Below, piece by piece: positions 1 through 7,913 of a DNA stretch of 59,898 nucleotides (the first letter of the stretch is position 1; each line of letters opens with the position of its first letter). The position numbers and the translations under genes were made by a program. Origin of the DNA: Actinomycetes bacterium (GTDB taxonomy: Bacteria > Actinomycetota > Acidimicrobiia > Acidimicrobiales > JAKAVM01). The notes beneath the pieces were generated by a model that saw only the letters and a list, made by a program, of their open reading frames with translations, had not been told where the DNA came from and searched no databases. The stretch covers positions 1 through 59,898 of the forward strand of contig JAKAVM010000058.1 of assembly GCA_021827485.1 (NCBI GenBank), written 5' to 3'.

Positions 1-160
1 TCCGCGGGAGAATCACAATTAGCCTCGCCAATAGAGTTACGAATTTCTTCCGCGGGAGAATCACAATTAGCCTCGCCAATAGAGTTACGAATTTCTTCCG
101 CGGGAGAATCACTATTAGCTCCGTGATCAAAGTCTTGAATTTCTTCCGCGGGAGAATAAC
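1..160. repeat. 48-bp in-frame tandem repeat (~3.3 copies) within the DUF222 CDS
   Basis: tccgcgggagaat recurs at 1, 49, 97 and 145. It encodes a 16-aa unit, ~DSPAEEIRNSIGEANC. Confidence 0.9.
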
Positions 161-833
161 TACTAGTCTCGCCGTCTGACAGGCCCCTTGATAGTGGCTT
201 GGTGGAAGAATCTCTTTTGAGTTCAGCTTTGGCTGCTTCTAGGGCCCTAACAAAAAGAGCGCCACTCTCTGGAGGCAGTCTAAAAAAACCAACCAGCGAT
301 CCATCGTCATCATAGCGATAGGTAAGATACCTTCTCTTATAGCGAATCTCTTCGAGTTCAAGATCTTGGCTCTGGAGGGATCCAGAAAAGCAACTCACGA
401 TCTGGTCTAATTGGCTGCCAGTTGCAAGCTTTGCAAGGTCAACTAATAGTTCCTGATTCCCCTGCGTGGCAACCCTGGTAATGGCCCTTAGCTTAGAGTA
501 GGAGATCTCTCCATTGGCAAAACACTTATGTATTTGAGGAAGTGAGATCATTTTACGAGCTACCCTGACGTGCTCATAGCCGGTTGAAAGAGAGATCCCG
601 CATTTGAGAGAAAGCCAGTGAGCGCTTGATTTGCAACCCCACTGGTTATAGAGCCCCCGTATATCAAATTCAGCTATAAGCTCTAGCCACTTTGAGCTAA
701 GAGATGACAGATGTGCACACAGCTCTATAATGGCCTCCTCCAGATCGTTACTGCCTAAGCCACCTAGTTCAAGGGGGCTGGTAGAACCAATCAATAGATC
801 GACAAAAGGCGACTTACCTTTATTAGAGAACAT
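1..833 (-). CDS. DUF222 (13E12-like, usually HNH-fused) protein, 3' end runs off the window; not in ORF track
   Basis: Manual translation from ATG at 833: MFSNKGKS...LEEAIIELCAHL...WLELIAEFD...WGCKSSAHWLSLKCGIS...VRVARKM..LP...FANGEISYSKLRAITRVAT, a typical DUF222 N-terminus. The frame stays open to position 1. Confidence 0.8.
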   Translation of the reverse strand, partial: MFSNKGKSPFVDLLIGSTSPLELGGLGSNDLEEAIIELCAHLSSLSSKWLELIAEFDIRGLYNQWGCKSSAHWLSLKCGISLSTGYEHVRVARKMISLPQIHKCFANGEISYSKLRAITRVATQGNQELLVDLAKLATGSQLDQIVSCFSGSLQSQDLELEEIRYKRRYLTYRYDDDGSLVGFFRLPPESGALFVRALEAAKAELKRDSSTKPLSRGLSDGETSSYSPAEEIQDFDHGANSDSPAEEIRNSIGEANCDSPAEEIRNSIGEANCDSPA

Positions 834-840
834 GTGTTCT
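827..840. promoter_or_regulatory. Putative LexA (SOS) box overlapping the DUF222 start codon
   Basis: AGAAC-ATGT-GTTCT matches the Gram-positive/actinobacterial GAAC-N4-GTTC consensus. Confidence 0.65.
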
Positions 841-980
841 ACACTAGTTCAGAGTAGATGATACTTCAAGTGGATTTCTAAAATTATTGTGATTAGCAAC
901 CCGACGCCTGTCGAGCGCTGTTGGTATGCCGTGGCCTAATGGATACAGGAATCTCAGTGTTGGAGGTATCGCCGACGGTT

Positions 981-1120
981 GCGCAATATAAAGCTACGCA
1001 GCGCAATATAAAGCTACGCAGCACAATATAAAGCTACGCAGCGCAATATAAAGCTACGCAGCACAATATAAAGCTACGCAGCACAATATAAAGCTACGCA
1101 GCACAATATAAAGCTACGCA
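981..1120. repeat. Intergenic 20-bp tandem repeat, 7 copies
   Basis: gc(g/a)caatataaagctacgca repeated head-to-tail with no spacers. Confidence 0.95.
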
Positions 1121-1149
1121 TTAAAGCTGGTAGAATCGCCGACAGTTAT

Positions 1150-2070
1150 ATGAAACTACTTCGAACTCCCGATGAACGATTTGAAAACTTGGATGGATTT
1201 TCTTTCACGCCAAACTATGCCGAAGTTCCATGCTTGGATGGAACTACTGACAAGGCAATCCGCGTACACTATGTCGATGAGGGGCCGCCTGATGCAGCCG
1301 AGACTCTCCTTTTGATGCATGGTGAGCCCTCATGGTGCTACCTCTATCGTAAGATGATCCCAATATTTGTCGAAGCAGGATTTCGAGTTATTGCTCCTGA
1401 TCTAGTTGGATTTGGGAAGTCGGACAAACCGGCTAGTAGAGATGACTACACCTACTCCCGCCATGTTGAATGGATGGACGAACTGCTATTTGCAAAGCTC
1501 GACTTAGTAAACATTACTCTTCTGTGCCAGGATTGGGGAGGTCTTATCGGGCTTAGATTACTTGCATCTGATCCCGATAGATTTGCCAGGGCAGTGGCGG
1601 CCAATACTGGCCTCCCAACTGGCGAAGGAAAAACCTCTGAGGCTTTTATGGCATGGCAGAAGTTTTCCCAGGAGACTCCCGAAATGCCAATCGGAGCTAT
1701 AATTGCAGGGGGCTGCGTCAACAGACCAAACCCTCAAATTATCGCTGCATACGATGCTCCCTTCCCTGATGAGAGCTATAAAGAAGGAGCTCGTCAGTTT
1801 CCTATTCTTGTCCCAACCTCAACTGATGACCCAGCAAGTAAAGATAATATTGAGGCCTGGAAGTCGCTTGAAAGTTTCACCAAACCATTTATGTGCGCCT
1901 TTTCCGATGGCGACCCGATTACTAGGGGAGCAGATCGGTTATTTGTTGAGCGAATACCCGGAGCGCAAACGGTCAGCCATGTTACTATCGAAGGCGCGGG
2001 CCACTTCCTACAGGAGGATCAGGGTCAAACTCTAGCGAAGGTGACGGTAGATTTTATCAAGCAGTACTAG
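1150..2070 (+). CDS. Haloalkane dehalogenase (alpha/beta hydrolase)
   Basis: LRTPDERF start, HGEPSW, QDWGG nucleophile motif, GHFLQED catalytic His. Confidence 0.9.
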   Translation: MKLLRTPDERFENLDGFSFTPNYAEVPCLDGTTDKAIRVHYVDEGPPDAAETLLLMHGEPSWCYLYRKMIPIFVEAGFRVIAPDLVGFGKSDKPASRDDYTYSRHVEWMDELLFAKLDLVNITLLCQDWGGLIGLRLLASDPDRFARAVAANTGLPTGEGKTSEAFMAWQKFSQETPEMPIGAIIAGGCVNRPNPQIIAAYDAPFPDESYKEGARQFPILVPTSTDDPASKDNIEAWKSLESFTKPFMCAFSDGDPITRGADRLFVERIPGAQTVSHVTIEGAGHFLQEDQGQTLAKVTVDFIKQY

Positions 2071-2926
2071 CATATACCGAATAATTATCTAGTTCCCGCA
2101 ACATATCGTTATGAGATCCGGAGGATACTCGGAGAACAACTTCTGTTACTCCAATGGAACGAAAATACTCAAGCTTAGGTTCCTCTGGGAATATTCCAAA
2201 TGCCACGATTTGAATCTCCGACCATCTGCGATTGGCCTTCTCAACCTCCCTCTTGAGCAATGGGATATTAGCGCCTAAACCAGTTCCACCTATGGGAATC
2301 CATCCATCGGCCATCCCGGCTATCGTAGAAAAAAGTTTTTCGCTCGGGAACCCACCAAAAAGAATCGGTATCGACGGTCTCTGAATTGGCTTTGGTCTAG
2401 ACCAACTTTGCGGCATCTCTACGTACTTACCCACATAACCAGCTGGCTCGTTTGCCCAAATCTCCCTCATACAGGCAATCTTCTCGTTTGCAATTGTTCT
2501 TCGCTTTGAAAAGTCTACTCCGTGCGACTCTGCCTCACGCCGGTTCCATCCATATCCTACTCCGAGCGTTACTCTGCCGTTAGATATAATATCTAACGTA
2601 GCCAGTTCCTTTGCAAGAACTATAGGATCAAGTTGGGCAACCAATAAGACCCCAGTGCCAAGTCGTAAAGCTGTGGTCTGGGCTGCCATAGCCGATAACG
2701 CTATCAGCGGATCAACAATTGAGCGATAGTCATCTATATTGACCCCACCGACAAGAGCAGGAGGAGCGCCTTCCTCAACTGGCAGGTGCGTATGATGAGG
2801 TAGATAAATAGATGAAAAGCCTCGTTCTTCAACTGCTCTTCCAAAAGCCACTATATCTGAATCTGGATGACTAAAGGCTGTGGTAATACCGACTTTCATT
2901 TGTTTACAATGACTTCCTAACGACAC
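2057..2926 (-). CDS. LLM-class F420-dependent oxidoreductase (start possibly at the internal MKVGITT)
   Basis: EERGFSSIYLPHHTH, DPLIAL, LRLGTGV, LAKELATLD.ISNGR..LGVG.GWN. Confidence 0.85.
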   Translation of the reverse strand: MSLGSHCKQMKVGITTAFSHPDSDIVAFGRAVEERGFSSIYLPHHTHLPVEEGAPPALVGGVNIDDYRSIVDPLIALSAMAAQTTALRLGTGVLLVAQLDPIVLAKELATLDIISNGRVTLGVGYGWNRREAESHGVDFSKRRTIANEKIACMREIWANEPAGYVGKYVEMPQSWSRPKPIQRPSIPILFGGFPSEKLFSTIAGMADGWIPIGGTGLGANIPLLKREVEKANRRWSEIQIVAFGIFPEEPKLEYFRSIGVTEVVLRVSSGSHNDMLRELDNYSVYASTA

Positions 2927-3005
2927 TAAGATTTTCGACCTTCAAGACCTTACCTCGAAGTTGCTCGACGACAGATTACCCCAGTGTATAGAGATATCAG
3001 AAACC

Positions 3006-3212
3006 TTAACGCTTTTTAGGAGATAATCCAACAGCTCTCACTACTTTGTTTATCTGTCGATTACCCTCTCTATATATTACTCTTCGAGCCTGTCTCTCTG
3101 CTTCTCCTTGGACACCGCCAGCTAGTCCCCCTTGCTTGTACCCATGCTCAAATGCTTCAACATTTCCTAGATCTCTTGCAAAACGATATAACTGTGATCT
3201 AGTTGTGCTCAT
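3006..3212 (-). CDS. Small basic hypothetical protein
   Basis: 68-aa ORF with an ATGA overlap with the upstream gene and a GAGGAG RBS. Confidence 0.6.
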   Translation of the reverse strand: MSTTRSQLYRFARDLGNVEAFEHGYKQGGLAGGVQGEAERQARRVIYREGNRQINKVVRAVGLSPKKR

Positions 3213-3496
3213 CGTTTGATCTCACTCCTCTCAATAGCCGCCAGCTTAGCCGTATGATCTTCAACAACTAGCGCCTCCACTAACGACCGGAGTTCATTAG
3301 CATCTTCGGTATTTTCCATTTTCTCAAGCAACTCCATCGGTACAGCTACGCACCCAAAACCCCCATCTTCATGACTCGAACGCCACGCAAGCCATTGCGC
3401 ACCGTCACGATCTAAATCATCTTCTTCAATAGCATTGATCAAGGCAACAATTTCGATCATGCCCTCTTGATCTACGTCATACTCTACAAAAAGCAT
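3209..3496 (-). CDS. Small acidic hypothetical protein
   Basis: 95-aa ORF with a GGGGAG RBS, coupled to the downstream ORF. Confidence 0.6.
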   Translation of the reverse strand: MLFVEYDVDQEGMIEIVALINAIEEDDLDRDGAQWLAWRSSHEDGGFGCVAVPMELLEKMENTEDANELRSLVEALVVEDHTAKLAAIERSEIKR

Positions 3497-3630
3497 AACT
3501 CCCCCTGCACAACTCCTCCTTATGAATGGACCTTACGCGCAAGACCCGGAACTAGTTTACATCTCTCCGGTGCTAACTCAACAAGCGCTTACTTGGCCAC
3601 AAGTTTAGATCAAAACCAATTATCCCGCCC

Positions 3631-3692
3631 CATCTTGAAAACACGTCAAACACGTCTTGAGAACACATCTAAACACATCTTGAAGACACATC
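3631..3692. repeat. Degenerate acac(g/a)tc array between divergent genes
   Basis: Five copies of (a)acac[ga]tc interleaved with tcttga. Confidence 0.6.
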
Positions 3693-3731
3693 AGCTGTGA
3701 AACCAAGCGAAAAGCTCTATATAGTAGTGAC

Positions 3732-4406
3732 ATGGACAAAATAACTGATAGTAATTCGCCTTTAGATGTCGATGTTGCTGAAAAACTTGAGTCACTTCGA
3801 TCCCAATTCAAGGACGGTGATACAACCGGAGCATGTCTTGATGCCTGGAAGTGGCTTGATAGGTTAGGTGCTCAAAGCAAATCCAATAGAACTCAGAATC
3901 TTCAGCTCCTAAATCAGTTGTTTGTCGCTGGTGACGTTCCAAAAAATCTTGACGGTCCAACCGAAGGCAAGCTTGTCACTTGGGCAGCTAATCCAGGACT
4001 CGATAAGGCACTTTCGAGTTTCACCTCAATTTGGCTGCCGTGGGTAGGCAAGAAATTTGACGCTGCTAATAACTCAGGCGTAAATGTAATGACTCGTGAA
4101 GTATGGCTATTGGGAAGGCTTATCTGGCCAAGTTATTCTTTTGGGAAATCTGCAAAAAACACAATCGGATTCGAATTTACAACTCGCGTAGAACCAGCAA
4201 TTATCAACTCCGACAATGAAGTTCTAGTTATTGATTATCAGACCGTTCCAAGAAATCCGCGCTTGATAATTCGCTCTGTGCGCGATGAATTAGTTGCTTT
4301 GCTTGACGGGGTTTACTTAGGCAGAATGCTTCTTCAAACCAAAGCTAACTCAGAACAAAGTTACCGATTGGTGAACTACTTCGCACTTCGAAGCCCGCAG
4401 GTATAA
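3732..4406 (+). CDS. Hypothetical protein
   Basis: 224-aa ORF with PWVGKKF and VRDELV...GVYLGR motifs seen in actinobacterial conserved hypotheticals. Confidence 0.65.
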   Translation: MDKITDSNSPLDVDVAEKLESLRSQFKDGDTTGACLDAWKWLDRLGAQSKSNRTQNLQLLNQLFVAGDVPKNLDGPTEGKLVTWAANPGLDKALSSFTSIWLPWVGKKFDAANNSGVNVMTREVWLLGRLIWPSYSFGKSAKNTIGFEFTTRVEPAIINSDNEVLVIDYQTVPRNPRLIIRSVRDELVALLDGVYLGRMLLQTKANSEQSYRLVNYFALRSPQV

Positions 4407-4492
4407 CTAAGAGGCCGAACGGAAAGCGCTGCGGAAGACGTCGCCCAGAATACGCAGCAGCTTAATACTCATGCTTGTTTCGCTTGTTGTGA

Positions 4493-5047
4493 TTACTGCT
4501 TTCCTTGGGCTTGCCTAAGATCAGCATCGGCCTGAGCTTTGGCAGCATCTGCATCGGCTAACGCACGTGAAGCAATAGCTAGATCATTTTCTATCTGTGC
4601 ACGATCGTCTAGAATGGTGGAGCGCTCACTGTCAACGGCACCGCCTGGATCGCCGTACTTTGGGCTAGAGTTGGTAACAAATGCAACAGACTCGTGCAGT
4701 CCATCTCGATGAAACTGCGAATCCATACTCTTGTAAGCATCGTCAGCTTTATCTTTTGCATCTTGTGCCTTAGCAAGAGCAGCCTTAGCGGCATCGACAT
4801 CAGCTTGCGCTCGCGCAACTTGAGTTCGTAAATCTGCCAGTTGAGGCGCTGAAGGGTTCGTACCTTCAACTAGCTTTACGTCAGATTCGATAGCTTCCTC
4901 ATCATCCATAACCATCGACGCCTCAGCAATAATCGTAGGCACAATTTGATCTTCTTCTTCATCTGCAAAAGATGCCTCCCCGCGTTCAAATGCTTCGTGA
5001 ACAAACTCTTTATTGGAAGCTCTCCAGCGCTGAAAAAGTGCCATCAA
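4493..5047 (-). CDS. Hypothetical Ala-rich coiled-coil protein
   Basis: 184-aa ORF with heptad-like AQAD/AKA repeats. Confidence 0.6.
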   Translation of the reverse strand: MMALFQRWRASNKEFVHEAFERGEASFADEEEDQIVPTIIAEASMVMDDEEAIESDVKLVEGTNPSAPQLADLRTQVARAQADVDAAKAALAKAQDAKDKADDAYKSMDSQFHRDGLHESVAFVTNSSPKYGDPGGAVDSERSTILDDRAQIENDLAIASRALADADAAKAQADADLRQAQGKQ

Positions 5048-5191
5048 TACACCCTTATTAAGCTAAGGCCTAAAATCGTCACAGAAGTCACTCGACTAGT
5101 ATATCGCTCACCCTAAGGCGAAACAAGCGATTTCTCACCTCTATCGCCGATTAACCGAATGCTGCTGGCGGTCTAAAACCCCTCGTCAACG

Positions 5192-6421
5192 TCACTCTTG
5201 AGTAGCCTCTTGCCACGATCTAATACCCGGTACAGCAATTAGCACGATAATTCCTGCTGCGCCAGCAACTACTCCTGCATAGCTATACGCAGCTGACGCA
5301 CCAATCCCATAAAGCAGCCCCATCATGAGGTTTCCAACAAATGTCCCGACGCTCCTGGCAGCCGACAGGCCAGCAAATCCTCTACCAGCCCTGAGTCCAG
5401 AACGCAATACTGACATTGCAGCGGGTTCCAAAGTCTCTACTATCCCCAGGCCGAAACCAATCACAGCTACTCCGACGAAAAGCCAAGGAGATCCCCCGCG
5501 ATTCCCCGAGCCGCCGAGTGCTAACAATCCCGCCCCGATAGCTGCTCCGAAATATCCCAACAGTCCCAACCACCTAAATTGGGTAGCAATGTCGCTGCCA
5601 AGTCGTCCTCCTAGGAGGTAACCGGTAATTGAGGAGACAAGTTGTAATATCAAAAAGGCCGCAATTCCATAAACAAGCTTGCCTGAGCCCTTGGCAACCG
5701 TGAGCACGGGAAATCCAACACTGTATGCCGTAAATCCATAGAGGCTAGCCGCTATTAGAAGGGGACGAACGCCTTTGGGAGGATCAGACTCCACTTGTTT
5801 GTGCTCGGACGACGCTTCCGTAGCTTTACGCTTTCCTCCAGTAGTCGCCTTAGACAGAAACAGAGTCGAGATAACTAAGGGTATTCCTGCAATTAGAAAT
5901 ATCCATCGAAATGCGAGATGTATTGTCAATGCCCCGATTACCCATAATCCAGCTAGAGCTCCCCCGCCTACATCAATTGCATGTAGAAAACCGAAAGCTG
6001 ACCCCCGATGCTTTTCGTTAGGAACAGCTTCGGCAAGCATAACTCTGCGCGAAGGAGAACGTAAGTTCCTAAACCACCATCCTCCACACAAGAACCCTAT
6101 GGCCCAGGCCGGACTTGCCACCAGAGCACTTAAGGCAAGAAGTGGAATTAGTGAATTTCCTATTAGAGCAAGATGTTTATGACCAATTCGATCTCCAATA
6201 CGGCCTCCCGCCCACGAGAAAATCGCGCCACCTCCGTAGCTTAGAGCGCTAGCAAGGCCAAACTCCCAGGTCGGTTGATGAAGGGTGATTACCAGGAATA
6301 AAGGAAAGCCAGCCAACACCGCTTGATAGCCTAGATCGGCAAAACCAGCCGAGAACGATATGAGCCAGATGTCTCGAGTGCGCCAACTGTGAGCTTTGTC
6401 TGCTTTGTCTTGGATTGAAAT
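5192..6421 (-). CDS. MFS transporter (probable start upstream of the track start at 6319, possibly ATT at 6421)
   Basis: GRIGDRIGHK motif A and multiple TMs. The frame is open upstream through TM1-like WRTRDIWLISFSAGFADLGYQAV. Confidence 0.8.
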   Translation of the reverse strand: MSIQDKADKAHSWRTRDIWLISFSAGFADLGYQAVLAGFPLFLVITLHQPTWEFGLASALSYGGGAIFSWAGGRIGDRIGHKHLALIGNSLIPLLALSALVASPAWAIGFLCGGWWFRNLRSPSRRVMLAEAVPNEKHRGSAFGFLHAIDVGGGALAGLWVIGALTIHLAFRWIFLIAGIPLVISTLFLSKATTGGKRKATEASSEHKQVESDPPKGVRPLLIAASLYGFTAYSVGFPVLTVAKGSGKLVYGIAAFLILQLVSSITGYLLGGRLGSDIATQFRWLGLLGYFGAAIGAGLLALGGSGNRGGSPWLFVGVAVIGFGLGIVETLEPAAMSVLRSGLRAGRGFAGLSAARSVGTFVGNLMMGLLYGIGASAAYSYAGVVAGAAGIIVLIAVPGIRSWQEATQE

Positions 6422-6424
6422 AGG

Positions 6425-7273
6425 TTAGTCCTTCCTGGTTTTGAAGTTATTGAGTTGTTCTGCGATTCTAACCGCTTTCGATCTATAAGCTTCGCCAAAA
6501 AGAATAGTATGTACAAGCAACGGATAAAGTTGCCACAGTTCGACTCTTTCTGGCCACCCATCCTCAAGTGACCTTATCTCTTGATACGCTGCAATCGTTC
6601 GCTCAGATATTGGAGCAAAAAGGGCTAACATGGCCAGATCTTCTTCCGGATGACCATAGTGCTGAGAAGGATCTATCACCCATACGTTGTTAGCTTGACC
6701 CCACAGGATATTTCCCCACCACAGATCACCATGAAGTAGCCGAGGGGAACCAAAAGGTACGAGAGAGTCTAACCGTTCGACAATCGGGAGAATTTCCCCT
6801 TGCATCCCGCATCTTTGCGCCAACTCGACTAGACGATAACCATAAAATTTAGCCCCATCTAAGTCTCTTACGGGATCAACCTCACAATTGCCTATCCAAT
6901 GGGAACCGCCTCCCCAGTAATCTCCTTGACGATTATGAAGATTTGCAAGGCACCTCCCCAATTCCTCTTCATGGCCTGGCGACCTAGAAACTTGGTCTAT
7001 CCACTCTGTTAACAATATCTCATTATCCGATATAAGTATTCTGGGAGTGATGGGACCATTTGCGACTTGACTTATCTCTCGAAGTCCTAATGACTCATCT
7101 ACAATTGCCGGGCCAAACTTTGCTAGGCAGTTAACGCTGTCCAGCTGAATTTTGAACGCATTAGAAGACAACTGCGTGACTGAATCAATTGCAACTGTTT
7201 GATTCGAGTCTTTAAGTTTCGCCTCTAGAATCTTTAGCCAAGCTGGTGAGTAACCCATTGCACGATCTTTCAA
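6425..7273 (-). CDS. Fructosamine kinase family protein
   Basis: LLHGDLWWGN, IDPS..GHPEEDLAML, YPLLVH..LFG..Y. Confidence 0.9.
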   Translation of the reverse strand: MKDRAMGYSPAWLKILEAKLKDSNQTVAIDSVTQLSSNAFKIQLDSVNCLAKFGPAIVDESLGLREISQVANGPITPRILISDNEILLTEWIDQVSRSPGHEEELGRCLANLHNRQGDYWGGGSHWIGNCEVDPVRDLDGAKFYGYRLVELAQRCGMQGEILPIVERLDSLVPFGSPRLLHGDLWWGNILWGQANNVWVIDPSQHYGHPEEDLAMLALFAPISERTIAAYQEIRSLEDGWPERVELWQLYPLLVHTILFGEAYRSKAVRIAEQLNNFKTRKD

Positions 7274-7694
7274 TTATTCTAAGTGTTCGGTCAAATTCGT
7301 ACTCGCCCCCGTAATATGGATCTGGGACATCCAAATCACTGTCAGTCGACTCCGGATCGAAGGAACGAAGGAGTTTTATCTTCTCCTTATTGTTCGGTGC
7401 TATTTGCATTAGGGCCCTGAGGTTGGCACGATCGGCACACAGAATAAGATCGGCCTTTTTGATAGCATCTATTGTGATTTGACGAGCTTGATGGCTTGGA
7501 ACAGACCAGCCTCGCTTCTTCAGCGCTGCCTCCGCTCGGGGATCAGCACCCTCACCACGGTGATAACCTGCGGTTCCATAAGATTCTATGGAGATTTTAT
7601 CTCCCAGTCTTGCCTTGGCTACTAAATCACTGGCAACGGCTTTAGCCATTGGAGAACGGCAGATGTTGCCCAAACAAACCATAAGAATTTGCAC
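7212..7694 (-). CDS. Low-molecular-weight protein tyrosine phosphatase
   Basis: VCLGNICRSP P-loop and DVPDPYYG. Confidence 0.95.
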   Translation of the reverse strand: MQILMVCLGNICRSPMAKAVASDLVAKARLGDKISIESYGTAGYHRGEGADPRAEAALKKRGWSVPSHQARQITIDAIKKADLILCADRANLRALMQIAPNNKEKIKLLRSFDPESTDSDLDVPDPYYGGEYEFDRTLRIIERSCNGLLTSLAKDSRGET

Positions 7695-7913
7695 GATAAA
7701 CCAATTCTATATGTCTCACCCCTGCCAAGTTTACTCTTGTCCGTTGTGAATATTAGGGCAAAAAAGGATGAGTGAATAAAGGCGGATGTTGAACTAACCC
7801 AATGGGGATTTGCAATTGTTGAGTTTCAACAGGTGGCCAACTAAATTTCTTATCAAGAGGTAATTATGAGCTATGGTTGGTTACGGTGATAACGAAGATA
7901 ACAAGATGTCAGC

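Noticed and set aside
981-1120. CRISPR array
   Set aside because: Head-to-tail units with no unique spacers, and no cas genes.
5192-7273. Kinase-MFS read-through fusion
   Set aside because: In frame, but the stop is TAA and a good RBS precedes the MFS, so separate initiation is simpler.
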